Positions 30,019 to 40,043 of a stretch of 64,000 bases of DNA are shown here, piece by piece. The notes under the pieces were generated by a model. That model had not been told where the DNA came from. It ran no database searches and saw only the letters and a program-made list of their open reading frames with translations. Position 1 is the stretch's first letter, and each line of letters begins with the position of its first letter. Source of the stretch: Bacteroidota bacterium (GTDB taxonomy: Bacteria; Bacteroidota; Bacteroidia; UBA8524); contig SBGR01000006.1 of the NCBI GenBank assembly GCA_006226545.1, positions 18,930 through 82,929 on the forward strand, given 5' to 3'. The translations under genes were made by a program, and so were the position numbers.

Positions 30019-30918
30019 TTAGAATGCAGTCCAGTAATCGGCTACATATCCAGTTTTCTTCGGAGAAATACACATTACCGGAACGCTAGAGTGTTTGTTT
30101 ACAATCTGCTGAGCGTAGGAACCGATAATGAATTCGCTGATGGCTTTTTCTTGCTGACTCATAATCATGATAAGGTCGGCATTGATTTCATCAGCATACT
30201 GAAGGGTATCTTCTGCAGGATTTCCAGGGTAGTTTTCGTCGTCCAATACTTTCGTAGTGAACTTGATACCGTTTTTAGTCAATACATCTTCTACTTGCTT
30301 CAAGTTAGCGTTCATGCGTTTTTTCAAGAACTCATCGTCTTCTTGAACTGTAAATACGTGAATGGTTGAATCGTATTTTTTAGCCAAGTGGATAGCCCAC
30401 CAAACCTTCTGTTTGCTTTCCATGGTCAAGTCGATTGGCATCACGATATTCTGGTAACCGTTATCGAATTGTTTTTCTTTTACAACTACAACTGGAACGG
30501 GAGAAGCAGCAATTACACGAGAAGCGTTACTACCTACCAATTGCTCAATACCTGAAGCACCGTTGGTACCCATGATAATGGATTCAATATCGTTTGCCTC
30601 ATCTTCGGCGTATTCTACAATTGTGCTGTAGATACGTCCGCTTTTAATCTCACTGCGGCATTTCACGCCTGATTCCTTTAAGATTTTGTCTGTCACAGAA
30701 TCTAATTTCTCTTGCAACATCTGGCCAACCATACCATCACGGTAGGAGTTTTTCTGTCCCCAAATGCTTCCAATAAAACTATCCTCGAAAATGTGCATAA
30801 TGCAGATTTCATTTCCGAATGAAGCAGCCACTTTAACAGCATGTGCTAGGGCGTTTTCAGCAACCTGTGAAAAATCGGTTGGGACCAGGATCGTGTTCTT
30901 TTTCTTTTCGCTTTGCAT
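30019..30918 (-). CDS. universal stress protein, tandem UspA domains
   Basis: 299 aa with two Usp-like halves (NTILVPTDFS... and IVMPIDLTMES...). Confidence 0.7.
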   Translation of the reverse strand: MQSEKKKNTILVPTDFSQVAENALAHAVKVAASFGNEICIMHIFEDSFIGSIWGQKNSYRDGMVGQMLQEKLDSVTDKILKESGVKCRSEIKSGRIYSTIVEYAEDEANDIESIIMGTNGASGIEQLVGSNASRVIAASPVPVVVVKEKQFDNGYQNIVMPIDLTMESKQKVWWAIHLAKKYDSTIHVFTVQEDDEFLKKRMNANLKQVEDVLTKNGIKFTTKVLDDENYPGNPAEDTLQYADEINADLIMIMSQQEKAISEFIIGSYAQQIVNKHSSVPVMCISPKKTGYVADYWTAF

Positions 30919-30958
30919 GGATTAAATGATTTTTGCTTCACGAAAATAGGAATTAATC

Positions 30959-31822
30959 ATGAGCAAGCAAATGTCAGAAAGTGAGCTAATCTTAAACCCC
31001 GACGGATCGGTTTATCACTTGCATCTTCTTCCCTCCGATATTGCCGAAACCATCTTCTTGGTTGGCGATCCGGAACGGGTTCATGAAGTGAGCATTCACT
31101 TTGACACAATAGAGGTTAAAAAGGCTCACCGTGAGTTTGTTACACATACCGGAACCTACCAAGGCAGTCGATTCAGTGTGCTTTCTACCGGAATTGGAAC
31201 CGACAATATCGACATTGTACTGAACGAATTGAATCTCCTATTTAATGCCGATTTATCTGCTAGAAAATTTTACCCAAAACGAAAATCAATTCGTTTGGTT
31301 CGGCTCGGTACTTCAGGAACGGTTAATCCAGAATGGAAACCCGGTAAAGTTGTACTCAGTAAAGAAGCCATTGGTTTGGATGGATTGGCTTGGTATTATG
31401 GCTTCGACTCCCGTTCCATTGCCGCTCATTTCTCCAAAATGACCAACTGGTCTGTTTTACTAGCTAAACCTTATGTTATTGAAGCCAGTAGTCTCCTACT
31501 TAACTTATTTTCAAGTCGTTTTGAAACCTCAACAACCTTAACCTGTACCGGTTTTTACCATCCTCAAGGAAGAAGTTTAGAATCCGATTCTAGCTTACCC
31601 ATCACCTCGGAAACACTTCTAAAGGCCGGTATCGGTAATTTGGAAATGGAAACCTCGGGCATCTACCTCCTTGCTCAGTATTTTGGGTTTGAAGCTTTGT
31701 CTGTAAATGCGTTATTAGCGAATCGCAGCACAGGCGAATTTCACCCGAACCCGGCCAGCGTAGTAAAGGAAATGATTCAAAGTGCTTTGGATATTATGGC
31801 TACAAGCGACAAAGCGTCGTGA
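30959..31822 (+). CDS. nucleoside phosphorylase family (PNP/UDP type 1) protein
   Basis: 287 aa with LVRLGTSG and EMETSG blocks, as seen in uridine and purine phosphorylase-like proteins. Confidence 0.5.
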   Translation: MSKQMSESELILNPDGSVYHLHLLPSDIAETIFLVGDPERVHEVSIHFDTIEVKKAHREFVTHTGTYQGSRFSVLSTGIGTDNIDIVLNELNLLFNADLSARKFYPKRKSIRLVRLGTSGTVNPEWKPGKVVLSKEAIGLDGLAWYYGFDSRSIAAHFSKMTNWSVLLAKPYVIEASSLLLNLFSSRFETSTTLTCTGFYHPQGRSLESDSSLPITSETLLKAGIGNLEMETSGIYLLAQYFGFEALSVNALLANRSTGEFHPNPASVVKEMIQSALDIMATSDKAS

Positions 31823-32297
31823 TTAACGCCGCATGTTCCGGGAAAGCTTGTGTCAATTCGGCAGCCTGAGCGAGATCAAAGTCTTCAAAATCAAAACCGG
31901 GCGCTACCGTACAACCTACCAAAGCAAAGTTATTTTCCAACTCGCAGCGACTGGCAAACCAAGATCCGGCGGCAATCCAGGTCTGCATTTGCTCACCATT
32001 GGCCAAGTCCTTTCCTAATCGATGCACGCCCAATTCACCGCTTGGTTTAATCTCATAGATGTGTAGCACTGCCCCATCGTAATGGTGCCAAAGCTCATCG
32101 CTTTTAATCCGGTGAAAGGCAGAAAACTCACCGTGTTGCAGTAAAAAATAGATGGAAGTACAGAGGTTACGTTCTTTGGAATGTCCCATCAATTCAGGGT
32201 ATACAGCTTTAGCGTCAGCGCGGTATACTTCCTTAAATGCGCCACCTTCTACATGCGAAATGAGTCCTAACTTGGTGATATAGCCTTGTGCATCCAT
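31800..32297 (-). CDS. cupin-fold protein (DUF985-like)
   Basis: 165 aa with a conserved cupin His pattern. The 3' end overlaps the convergent phosphorylase gene. Confidence 0.4.
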   Translation of the reverse strand: MDAQGYITKLGLISHVEGGAFKEVYRADAKAVYPELMGHSKERNLCTSIYFLLQHGEFSAFHRIKSDELWHHYDGAVLHIYEIKPSGELGVHRLGKDLANGEQMQTWIAAGSWFASRCELENNFALVGCTVAPGFDFEDFDLAQAAELTQAFPEHAALITTLCRL

Positions 32298-32437
32298 GGT
32301 TCAAAAATAGCCATTGATAAGGTGTCAGGAATATGTTTTATCCCCACCAATATGTGATTAAATGCCACGACCGAGATGGCATGCTTTTAGAAATGAATAA
32401 TTAGATTTGAATTAAATACGCAGATAATAATTGAATT

Positions 32438-32755
32438 ATGGCAATTGAAGTAACCGACAGCAACTTTGAAGAAGTTGTTTTAAAATCCGACAAGCCTGTA
32501 CTGATTGATTTTTGGGCTGAGTGGTGTGGACCTTGCCGCATGGTAGGACCTATTGTAGAAGAAATGTCAGGCGAATACGATGGTAAAGCCGTTATCGGTA
32601 AACTGAACGTAGACGAAAATCCTGAAGTAACCGTAAAATATGGCATCCGCAGCATCCCTGCTTTGCTTTACTTTAAAAACGGTGAAGTTGTAGACAGACA
32701 AGTGGGTGCAGTGCCTAAAAGCGCACTTGCTCAAAAATTAGATGCACAACTTTAA
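32438..32755 (+). CDS. trxA: thioredoxin
   Basis: 105 aa with the motif [10 protein letters not shown]. Confidence 0.85.
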   Translation: MAIEVTDSNFEEVVLKSDKPVLIDFWAEWCGPCRMVGPIVEEMSGEYDGKAVIGKLNVDENPEVTVKYGIRSIPALLYFKNGEVVDRQVGAVPKSALAQKLDAQL

Positions 32756-32770
32756 TACGCTATTAACCTG

Positions 32771-32800
32771 GCCGTCGTTATTCTAGCGACGGCTTTTTTT
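32771..32800 (+). terminator. rho-independent terminator after trxA
   Basis: Hairpin GCCGTCG-TTATTCTAG-CGACGGC followed by a T7 run. Confidence 0.75.
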
Positions 32801-33718
32801 GTGCCCATGAATCAGAAAATCACCAATCAAGAGCTGGATGTCTTTGGCAACCTGGAGTTACTTGCCCGCCAAGTGGTAGAGGGATTTATTACAGGCTTGC
32901 ATAAAAGTCCGTTTCATGGGTTTTCTGTTGAGTTTGCAGAACATAGACTCTACAATAGCGGCGAATCTACTCGCCACCTCGATTGGAAGATTTACGGTAA
33001 AACAGGAAAACTTTTTGTTAAGCGCTACGAGGAGGAAACCAACCTACGCTGCCAATTGATCATCGATGGTAGTTCGTCTATGTATTTCCCGGAAAAGGGA
33101 TTAAACAAGATGCGATTCTCGGTTTATGCTGCAGCAGCCTTGATGCACTTGATGAAAAGGCAGCGAGATGCCTTTGGTTTAACCGTTCTTAGCGATCATA
33201 TCGACTTCCAGTCGGAAACCAAATCGAGCAGTAGCCACTACTTCTATTTAATCTCTGAGCTTGAGAAATTACTTCAAGCCCCCGCTGAACAAAAGCAAAC
33301 CTCACTGGCTCAAAGTTTAGACCTTCTCGCTGAAAAGCTTCACCGACGCTCCATGGTGGTTATTTTTAGCGATATGCTCCAAACCAGTGGTGATGAAGAA
33401 GCCCTTTACAAAAGCTTGCAACACCTAAAATTCAACAAACACGAGGTGATCCTTTTCCATGTCCAAGACAAAGCCTTGGAAGTAGATTTTGATTTCGCTA
33501 ATAGACCTTATTTGTTCATCGATCCGGAAACCGGCCAGCAGCTGAAGCTCAATCCTAATGAGGTGAAAGACGCCTATATCCAGGCGCAAAGAGACTTTAA
33601 AACGAAGCTAAAAGCCCGTTGCGATCAATATAAAATTGATTTTATCGAAGTGGATTCCGGATTGGATTTCAACCAGGTATTAGCCCCTTACCTTGTTAAG
33701 CGAGGCAAACTCTACTGA
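32801..33718 (+). CDS. DUF58 domain protein (VWA-like, normally a MoxR partner)
   Basis: 305 aa with a DUF58 signature region (SPFHGFSVEFAEHRLYNSGESTRHLDWKIYGKT). Confidence 0.6.
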   Translation: MPMNQKITNQELDVFGNLELLARQVVEGFITGLHKSPFHGFSVEFAEHRLYNSGESTRHLDWKIYGKTGKLFVKRYEEETNLRCQLIIDGSSSMYFPEKGLNKMRFSVYAAAALMHLMKRQRDAFGLTVLSDHIDFQSETKSSSSHYFYLISELEKLLQAPAEQKQTSLAQSLDLLAEKLHRRSMVVIFSDMLQTSGDEEALYKSLQHLKFNKHEVILFHVQDKALEVDFDFANRPYLFIDPETGQQLKLNPNEVKDAYIQAQRDFKTKLKARCDQYKIDFIEVDSGLDFNQVLAPYLVKRGKLY

Positions 33719-34638
33719 GCCTTATAGCTGTTAACGTGACGCTCTTTTTTGCTTTCGTAGATATCGGCAATCGTTACTAAAATACCAGTCTCTTCTACTC
33801 CACCAAATCCAGGATTGATACACGTTCCGAAGCTTTTCATGGTGGCCGATAGGTTCATATAGGAATTCACCAATGGCGGTATATTCTCACCATTCTTGCG
33901 CACAAACTGATTCAGAACTTTGTGTCCTTCTTTGTAATCGAGGCCATCAAACTCACCAAAATGCACGCTCATATCGGTTTTATAATTCAGCGGTTCTTTT
34001 GGAACTACTAAGGCATCTTGATCCGGGAAATAATGTTTCATGAAATACAGAATCATATCCCTGCTTTCCGCATGGTAATGGGTATACATGGTAATCTTAC
34101 CAAAGAAGTATTTCATCTGTGGGTATTCAATCACCAAAGCACCCAATCCATCCCATAAATTATCCAAGGAAAATAAACCTTTTCGGTTATTCATACTTGG
34201 TTGATAATCAGGCTGAACAAAAGACCTTCCTAATTCGATAGTATAAGGAAGATATTCCTTTAAAAACTTAGGAGAAAAATCAAATAATTCAGTGGTAGCC
34301 AGTTCTATTTCACCGTTTTCATGAATGGCTTTGGAGCCCAAAATAAAGCGGTATCCACCTACAATTTGTTGGTCTTCCGGATTCCAAACTATGAGCTGTT
34401 CATAGCAATTTGCGCTGGTATCAAACTCATCTAGATCCACTTCCTCACCGGTTCCACCCCCTGCCGCTCGGAAAGTAACTTCGCGTAACCTGCCAATCTC
34501 CAACATGGTATTGGGCGAATTATGCTGATTCACCACGTAAATTTCATTGGTGCCGAAATTGGCCTTACGTACAAAGGTAGAGTCGTTTAACTCCGCCAAT
34601 AAAGCCTCGCGGCTAATGGGTTCGATAATGGGATGCAT
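33712..34638 (-). CDS. GNAT-family N-acyltransferase (OlsB/GlsB-like, lipoamino-acid synthesis)
   Basis: 308 aa. The block LEIGRLREVTFRAAGGGTG...IVGGYRFILG matches the Acetyltransf_5/OlsB family. Confidence 0.45.
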   Translation of the reverse strand: MHPIIEPISREALLAELNDSTFVRKANFGTNEIYVVNQHNSPNTMLEIGRLREVTFRAAGGGTGEEVDLDEFDTSANCYEQLIVWNPEDQQIVGGYRFILGSKAIHENGEIELATTELFDFSPKFLKEYLPYTIELGRSFVQPDYQPSMNNRKGLFSLDNLWDGLGALVIEYPQMKYFFGKITMYTHYHAESRDMILYFMKHYFPDQDALVVPKEPLNYKTDMSVHFGEFDGLDYKEGHKVLNQFVRKNGENIPPLVNSYMNLSATMKSFGTCINPGFGGVEETGILVTIADIYESKKERHVNSYKAQ

Positions 34639-34714
34639 ACGAGATCTGTTAGAATCTAAAAAAAGATTCGTTTACAATTTACTCAGTAGAAAAGGAATAA
34701 ATCAAGTAAGTCGG

Positions 34715-35530
34715 CTATTTAGAGCCGAAAGTGTTGATTACATTCTGAGAAACTCCGGTAAAAGAGTAACCACCGTCGTGGAATAAATTCTGCTGTGTAA
34801 CGTAGCGCGTTAGGTCAGAGAACATGGCAACGCAATAGTCGGCACAAGCTTCTGCCGGCGCATTTCCCAGCGGAGAGATTTCATCTGCATAGTTGAAGAA
34901 TGCATCAAAACCTTTCACACCAGATCCTGCGGTAGTCATGGTTGGCGACTGAGAAATGGTGTTAACGCGTACATTTTTCGCTTTTCCGTAATGGTAGCCG
35001 AAGCTTCTAGCAATGCTTTCCAATAGACTCTTCGCCTCTGCCATCTCATTGTAATCAGGGAAGGTACGTTGCGCAGCGATATAGGTTAAAGCCACCACAG
35101 AGCCCCAATCGCTAATGGCGTCTTTTTTCCAGCAGGTTTGCAATAAACGATGGAAAGACATAGCGCTGATATCAAGGGTTTTGTGCATGAAATCGTAGTT
35201 TAAGTCGGTATAAGCGCGACCTTTACGTACGTTTAGCGACATCCCCACAGAGTGTAGAATAAAGTCGATTTTTCCGCCCAGGATTTCCATAGAGCGGTCA
35301 ATCAGGTTTTCCAAGTCGGCATCAACAGTGACGTCGGCACCAATTACCTCAGCATTGCATTTTTCTGCCAAAGCATTGATTTCTCCCATACGCAACGCAA
35401 TTGGTGCATTGGTTAAGGTGAAGGTTGCGCCGGCTTCGTGGCATTTTTCAGCTACCTGCCAAGCAATGGATTGCGGATTTAAAGCTCCGAATATGATTCC
35501 TCTTTTTCCTTTTAAAAGCTGATGACTCAT
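34715..35530 (-). CDS. fabI: enoyl-[acyl-carrier-protein] reductase (NADH) FabI
   Basis: 271 aa SDR with the N-terminal GIIFGALNPQSIAW region and the FabI Tyr/Lys block DYNEMAEAKSLLE. Confidence 0.8.
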   Translation of the reverse strand: MSHQLLKGKRGIIFGALNPQSIAWQVAEKCHEAGATFTLTNAPIALRMGEINALAEKCNAEVIGADVTVDADLENLIDRSMEILGGKIDFILHSVGMSLNVRKGRAYTDLNYDFMHKTLDISAMSFHRLLQTCWKKDAISDWGSVVALTYIAAQRTFPDYNEMAEAKSLLESIARSFGYHYGKAKNVRVNTISQSPTMTTAGSGVKGFDAFFNYADEISPLGNAPAEACADYCVAMFSDLTRYVTQQNLFHDGGYSFTGVSQNVINTFGSK

Positions 35531-35595
35531 GGTTTTCTGATTTTGTGCAAGTTTAAACTTTTTCCTTTAGTCGCGGAATGCTCCAGACTAATATA

Positions 35596-36246
35596 TTAAG
35601 GCATTAAGCGGTGATGTTCCCACTTGCCTTGTTCAATTCTAGTATATTCTATTCGATCATGTAGTCTACTTTCTCTGCCCTGCCAGAATTCTATCAAGCG
35701 AGGAATGACTACATAGCCACCCCAGTGTGGCGGACGGAAAACATCCTGATTTTCAAAGGTCTTCTCGGTTTCAACCAGGCGCTTTTCTAAGTCTTCACGA
35801 CTGTCTATCGCCTCACTTTGGTCGCTCACCCAAGCACCCAATTGTGAGCCACGTGGACGGCTGGCAAAGTAAGCATCATTTTCTTCGCTGCTTAATTTCT
35901 CGGCTGTACCCTCAATGCGCACTTGCCTTTCCAGCTCAGGCCAAAAGAAAGTAAGCGCCACCTGATTATTGGCCGCAATCATCTGCCCTTTTTTACTGTG
36001 GTAATTGGTAAAGAAGCTGAAACCGCGCTCGTCAATTCCTTTGAGTAAAACGATACGAGTGCTGGGCTGGCCACTTGGCGAAACGGTAGAAATAGCCATA
36101 GCATTCACTTCTTCTACTTCGCTTTCAACCGCTTCTCTAAACCAGGCTTCAAATTGTTGCATCGGATCTTGTTTAACCATGGCTTTGGTTAATTCCCTTT
36201 GCTGATATTCTCTGCGTATGGCGGCAATATCCAATTCGTGACTCAT
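35596..36246 (-). CDS. pdxH: pyridoxamine 5'-phosphate oxidase
   Basis: 216 aa with the C-terminal block IEFWQGRESRLHDRIEY and the HWGGY motif. Confidence 0.85.
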   Translation of the reverse strand: MSHELDIAAIRREYQQRELTKAMVKQDPMQQFEAWFREAVESEVEEVNAMAISTVSPSGQPSTRIVLLKGIDERGFSFFTNYHSKKGQMIAANNQVALTFFWPELERQVRIEGTAEKLSSEENDAYFASRPRGSQLGAWVSDQSEAIDSREDLEKRLVETEKTFENQDVFRPPHWGGYVVIPRLIEFWQGRESRLHDRIEYTRIEQGKWEHHRLMP

Positions 36247-36289
36247 GGCTGCAAATTAATGGAAGAATTTCATACTGCTTTCGCTTTAT

Positions 36290-36871
36290 TTGCCATCTAT
36301 GGAAAAATTGCCTGTAGAACCAAATCCTTGGCAAACGCTTTCGGGCGAAGTAAAAATGGATACGCCATGGATTGAAGTAAGTCTACATCAAGTAATTAAC
36401 CCTTCCGGCACACCGGGTATATACGGTGTAACTCGCTTTAAAAATAGAGCGATAGGCATTTTGGTACTGGATGAGCAAATGAATACTTGGATTGTCGGAC
36501 AGTTTCGCTACCCTATCGATACTTACAGCTGGGAAATACCGGAAGGTGGCGGATCACTGAATGAAGATCCAATTGATTCTGCTAAACGTGAACTAAAAGA
36601 GGAGGCCGGGATTGAAGCGAAAAACTGGACCGTACTGCAAACCTTGCATACCAGCAATAGCGCCACCAATGAATATGCAATAATCTATTTGGCCACAGGG
36701 TTAAGCTATGGAGAAAGTGAACCGGAACCCGACGAACAATTGCAAATTCTGAAATTACCTTTCGAAGAACTGTATGAACGTGTCAAAAGTGGAGAGGTAA
36801 CCGACAGCTTGACAGTTGCAGCGGTATACCGACTTAAACTCCTGTTGATGGAAGGGTTTTTGATTCCTTAA
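36290..36871 (+). CDS. NUDIX hydrolase
   Basis: Nudix box GGGSLNEDPIDSAKRELKEEAGIE. Confidence 0.7.
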   Translation: MPSMEKLPVEPNPWQTLSGEVKMDTPWIEVSLHQVINPSGTPGIYGVTRFKNRAIGILVLDEQMNTWIVGQFRYPIDTYSWEIPEGGGSLNEDPIDSAKRELKEEAGIEAKNWTVLQTLHTSNSATNEYAIIYLATGLSYGESEPEPDEQLQILKLPFEELYERVKSGEVTDSLTVAAVYRLKLLLMEGFLIP

Positions 36872-37362
36872 TGACAAACAACAATACTATGACAACAACC
36901 ACTAAGATCGGTTTAGACACCGCAAAGTCTGAAGAATTAGCAAACGGCTTGAACGACTTATTGGCCAATTACCAGGTCTTTTATTTGAATACACGTGGAT
37001 TTCATTGGAATATCAAAGGTGAGAAGTTCTTTGAACTGCATTTGAAATTTGAAGAGCTATACAACGATCTGGTACTTAAGGTAGATGAAATTGCGGAAAG
37101 GGTTCTTACGCTCGGGTTTACTCCACTCCATGCTTTCGAAGATTATTTAAGCGTTTCGGAAATTAGTCCGGTAAAGAATATCAGCAATGGCAAAGAAGCA
37201 GTGCAGAACATCGTCTCTTCTTTCCAAGTTGTTTTAAGCAAACAAAGAACCTTATTGGATTTGTCGGGCGACATGAACGACGAAGGTACCAATGCATTGA
37301 TGAGCGATTATATTCGCGAACAAGAAAAACTCGTTTGGATGTATTCAGCCTTTTTGGGTTAA
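36871..37362 (+). CDS. dps: Dps family DNA-protection/ferritin-like protein
   Basis: 163 aa with the ferroxidase-centre region FHWNIKGEKFFELHLKFEELYNDL. Confidence 0.8.
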   Translation: MTNNNTMTTTTKIGLDTAKSEELANGLNDLLANYQVFYLNTRGFHWNIKGEKFFELHLKFEELYNDLVLKVDEIAERVLTLGFTPLHAFEDYLSVSEISPVKNISNGKEAVQNIVSSFQVVLSKQRTLLDLSGDMNDEGTNALMSDYIREQEKLVWMYSAFLG

Positions 37363-37415
37363 GCATTCAATTTTTGAATTACCTATACTTGCAGCCATTT
37401 ATTTGAATCTATAAG

Positions 37416-38738
37416 ATGAATTACCTGGTCATGGCGGGGCAGATGATCCTCGCGCTATCAATACTTATTTCCCTCCATGAGTTAGGCCATTTCTTGGCTG
37501 CCAGAGCCTTTGGAATCAAAGTAGAGAAGTTCTATCTCTTCTTTGATGCTTGGGGCGTAAAGCTCTTTTCATTTAAAAAAGGCGATACCGAATACGGTAT
37601 TGGCTGGCTGCCACTAGGCGGATACGTGAAGATTTCAGGTATGATCGATGAGTCGATGGATACGGAACAAATGAAATCAGAGCCTCAGCCTTATGAATTC
37701 AGAAGCAAACCAGCTTGGCAACGCCTCATCGTTATGCTAGCCGGTGTAACGGTAAACATCATCTTAGGAGTTTTAATCTTTGGGTTTAGCCTTTCTTATT
37801 ATGGCGACTCTTACCTACCAAATACCGCTGTTGTTCACGGCATCTACGCTTCGGATTATGCCAAAACCTTAGGATTTCAGGACGGTGATAAAATTGTAGC
37901 GATTAACGGTGAGACACTAGCGAAGTTTGACGAAGTCTATAATCCAAAATATATACTAGATAAAGGCACTCGCTATACCATTGACCGCAATGGCAGCACG
38001 GTAGAAATTACTTTACCTGATACCGCCATCGCGACCATTGCAGAGTTGAAAATGAAATCGCTCATTGGTTTCCGCCAAGGATTTAAAGTGGGTGAAATTT
38101 CCAAAGGAAGCAATGCGCAAGCAGCAGGACTGATGGAAGGCGATAGCATTCTGAGTGTTAACGATACACAAGTTTTGTATTTCAACGATTTCCAAGAGGC
38201 ATTGGCCCGTAATAAAGGAGCTCAAATTGCATTGACTGTATTCCGTGATAATAAGGAAGTGGACTTGCAGGCTGAAGTAACCAAAGGTGGTACATTAGGT
38301 TTTGCAGTAAATCCGGAGAAACTGGCTTTCGAAACAGAACATTATGGCTTTGGTAAATCCATGGCCATTGGTACTTCAAGAGCGTTTGAATCGCTTGTGA
38401 TGAACATCAAAGGCTTTGGCAAAGTATTCAGTGGCGAAGTTGACCCTTCCAAATCGCTTATGGGCCCAATCCGTTTAGCCACCATCTTTGGTAGCGATTG
38501 GATCTGGCAGAAATTCTGGGGACTAACTGCTCTCCTCTCTATGGTGCTGGCATTTATGAACGTATTGCCAATCCCGGCTTTGGATGGTGGACATGCTTTG
38601 TTCCTGTCGATAGAAATGGTCATTGGACGTCCGCTTGGGGATAAGTTCCTACAGGTAACACAAGTCATCGGAATGGTAATCTTACTGAGTTTGATGATCT
38701 TCGTGTTCGGCAATGATATCTGGAACCTCGCAAAATAG
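37416..38738 (+). CDS. rseP: RIP metalloprotease RseP (site-2 protease)
   Basis: 440 aa with HELGHFLAAR, a PDZ region and a C-terminal LDGGH motif. Confidence 0.8.
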   Translation: MNYLVMAGQMILALSILISLHELGHFLAARAFGIKVEKFYLFFDAWGVKLFSFKKGDTEYGIGWLPLGGYVKISGMIDESMDTEQMKSEPQPYEFRSKPAWQRLIVMLAGVTVNIILGVLIFGFSLSYYGDSYLPNTAVVHGIYASDYAKTLGFQDGDKIVAINGETLAKFDEVYNPKYILDKGTRYTIDRNGSTVEITLPDTAIATIAELKMKSLIGFRQGFKVGEISKGSNAQAAGLMEGDSILSVNDTQVLYFNDFQEALARNKGAQIALTVFRDNKEVDLQAEVTKGGTLGFAVNPEKLAFETEHYGFGKSMAIGTSRAFESLVMNIKGFGKVFSGEVDPSKSLMGPIRLATIFGSDWIWQKFWGLTALLSMVLAFMNVLPIPALDGGHALFLSIEMVIGRPLGDKFLQVTQVIGMVILLSLMIFVFGNDIWNLAK

Positions 38739-39543
38739 AACTCGCCTCATATTCAGTTTGATAGTCCTGCTTTTTGTGGGATTTCAAGCCAAGGCTCAAA
38801 GCAGCTTAGAAGCAGCTCCTGTTGATACGACTATCAATAAAGACTCGACTCAACAGCTCTCCATTCTTATTGTACCGTTTAATCCGGCAATGTATTTTTC
38901 TGATGCAGATAAAGACATCAGTGAACAAAGCAATGTGGATCAAACCAAGGTTAAAGATAAATTCAGCGGAAGCCTAGAGTCGACTTTGAATGAGCATATC
39001 GGATTGTATTACGATACAAAAAGCATTTCGAAGCAGCCGGATGCCGTAGACGATTTGGACATCATCTTTGGATCCATCAATTACAAGGCGGAAACCAAAC
39101 AGAAAGAGGAAGCTCCCAAAGAAGAAGGCGAAGAAGAAAGCAGCGCCAAGAAATTCTTTAAAGGGCTGAAAAAGACCATGAATAGTGTGGTGGGTGATAC
39201 GACCCAGAAAGCGGAGAATACGGAATCGTACATGAACATATCATTCGACGATAACCGCTTGATCAAGTTCCTTACTGAGAAGTACAAATCAGAATACGTG
39301 TTGTTTATCAATCAGTTTGAAGTGAAAACGGATTACGAGAACTGCATCGATCTGCAATTGAGGAAATACTACCGTGAAATTAAGGTTCACTATACCTTGG
39401 TTTCAAAAGACGGCAAACAAGTGAGTGGTAACGTGATTACATTGCCTTACCACAGCAATGAAAACAAAGTAGAGAACATAGTGAAAGAGAATTTTGGCGA
39501 AGTATCGAATCAGATACTCAACAAGATCTACAAACAGAAATGA
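38713..39543 (+). CDS. hypothetical secreted protein with Lys/Glu-rich linker
   Basis: 276 aa with a signal peptide (LLFVGFQAKAQ). No recognisable domain. Overlaps the rseP end and the downstream gene start. Confidence 0.35.
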   Translation: MISGTSQNRTRLIFSLIVLLFVGFQAKAQSSLEAAPVDTTINKDSTQQLSILIVPFNPAMYFSDADKDISEQSNVDQTKVKDKFSGSLESTLNEHIGLYYDTKSISKQPDAVDDLDIIFGSINYKAETKQKEEAPKEEGEEESSAKKFFKGLKKTMNSVVGDTTQKAENTESYMNISFDDNRLIKFLTEKYKSEYVLFINQFEVKTDYENCIDLQLRKYYREIKVHYTLVSKDGKQVSGNVITLPYHSNENKVENIVKENFGEVSNQILNKIYKQK

Positions 39544-40043
39544 GCGAAAACTACTTCACCTGGTACGGCATTACTCCCGCTTTCTTTCCTGATGAGAAGG
39601 CTATACGCACAGCTTACTATCGTTTAAGTTTGGAAACCCATCCGGACCATTCAGACAACCACGAAGAAGCCATGAAGCTAAGCAGTCGGAACAATGCAGC
39701 TTACCAAACGCTCAAACAGTTTGATACCCGACTCCCCTATTTACTTGGACTATTAGGCTTTTATACGCCGGAAGAGAAATACTCCCTTGATCCTGAATTT
39801 CTAATGGAAATGATGGAACTAAATGAATCGATCAGCTTTGCTGAAGGGGAAGAAAAAGCGAGCTACGAAAAGCAAGTTACCGACCTGGAAACAGCGTTAA
39901 ACAGCCAACTTGAATCGCTTTGTAAAACATGGGACGAAACCCAAGAAAAAAGCCTTCTTGAATCAATCAAAGAAGGCTACTATAAACGTAAGTACCTGCG
40001 CAGACTCCGTCAGAATTTAAACAACGAAGACGCAGAACTCTAG
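39540..40043 (+). CDS. HscB-like J-domain co-chaperone
   Basis: 167 aa with an HPD tripeptide in LSLETHPDHS, and AYQTLK and YLLGL blocks resembling HscB. Confidence 0.45.
   Translation: MSENYFTWYGITPAFFPDEKAIRTAYYRLSLETHPDHSDNHEEAMKLSSRNNAAYQTLKQFDTRLPYLLGLLGFYTPEEKYSLDPEFLMEMMELNESISFAEGEEKASYEKQVTDLETALNSQLESLCKTWDETQEKSLLESIKEGYYKRKYLRRLRQNLNNEDAEL

Noticed and set aside
34700-34730. Small hairpin TCGGCT-N6-AGCCGA at the fabI stop as a terminator
   Set aside because: The stem is short, it overlaps the stop codon, and the downstream T-tract is weak. I left it uncalled.
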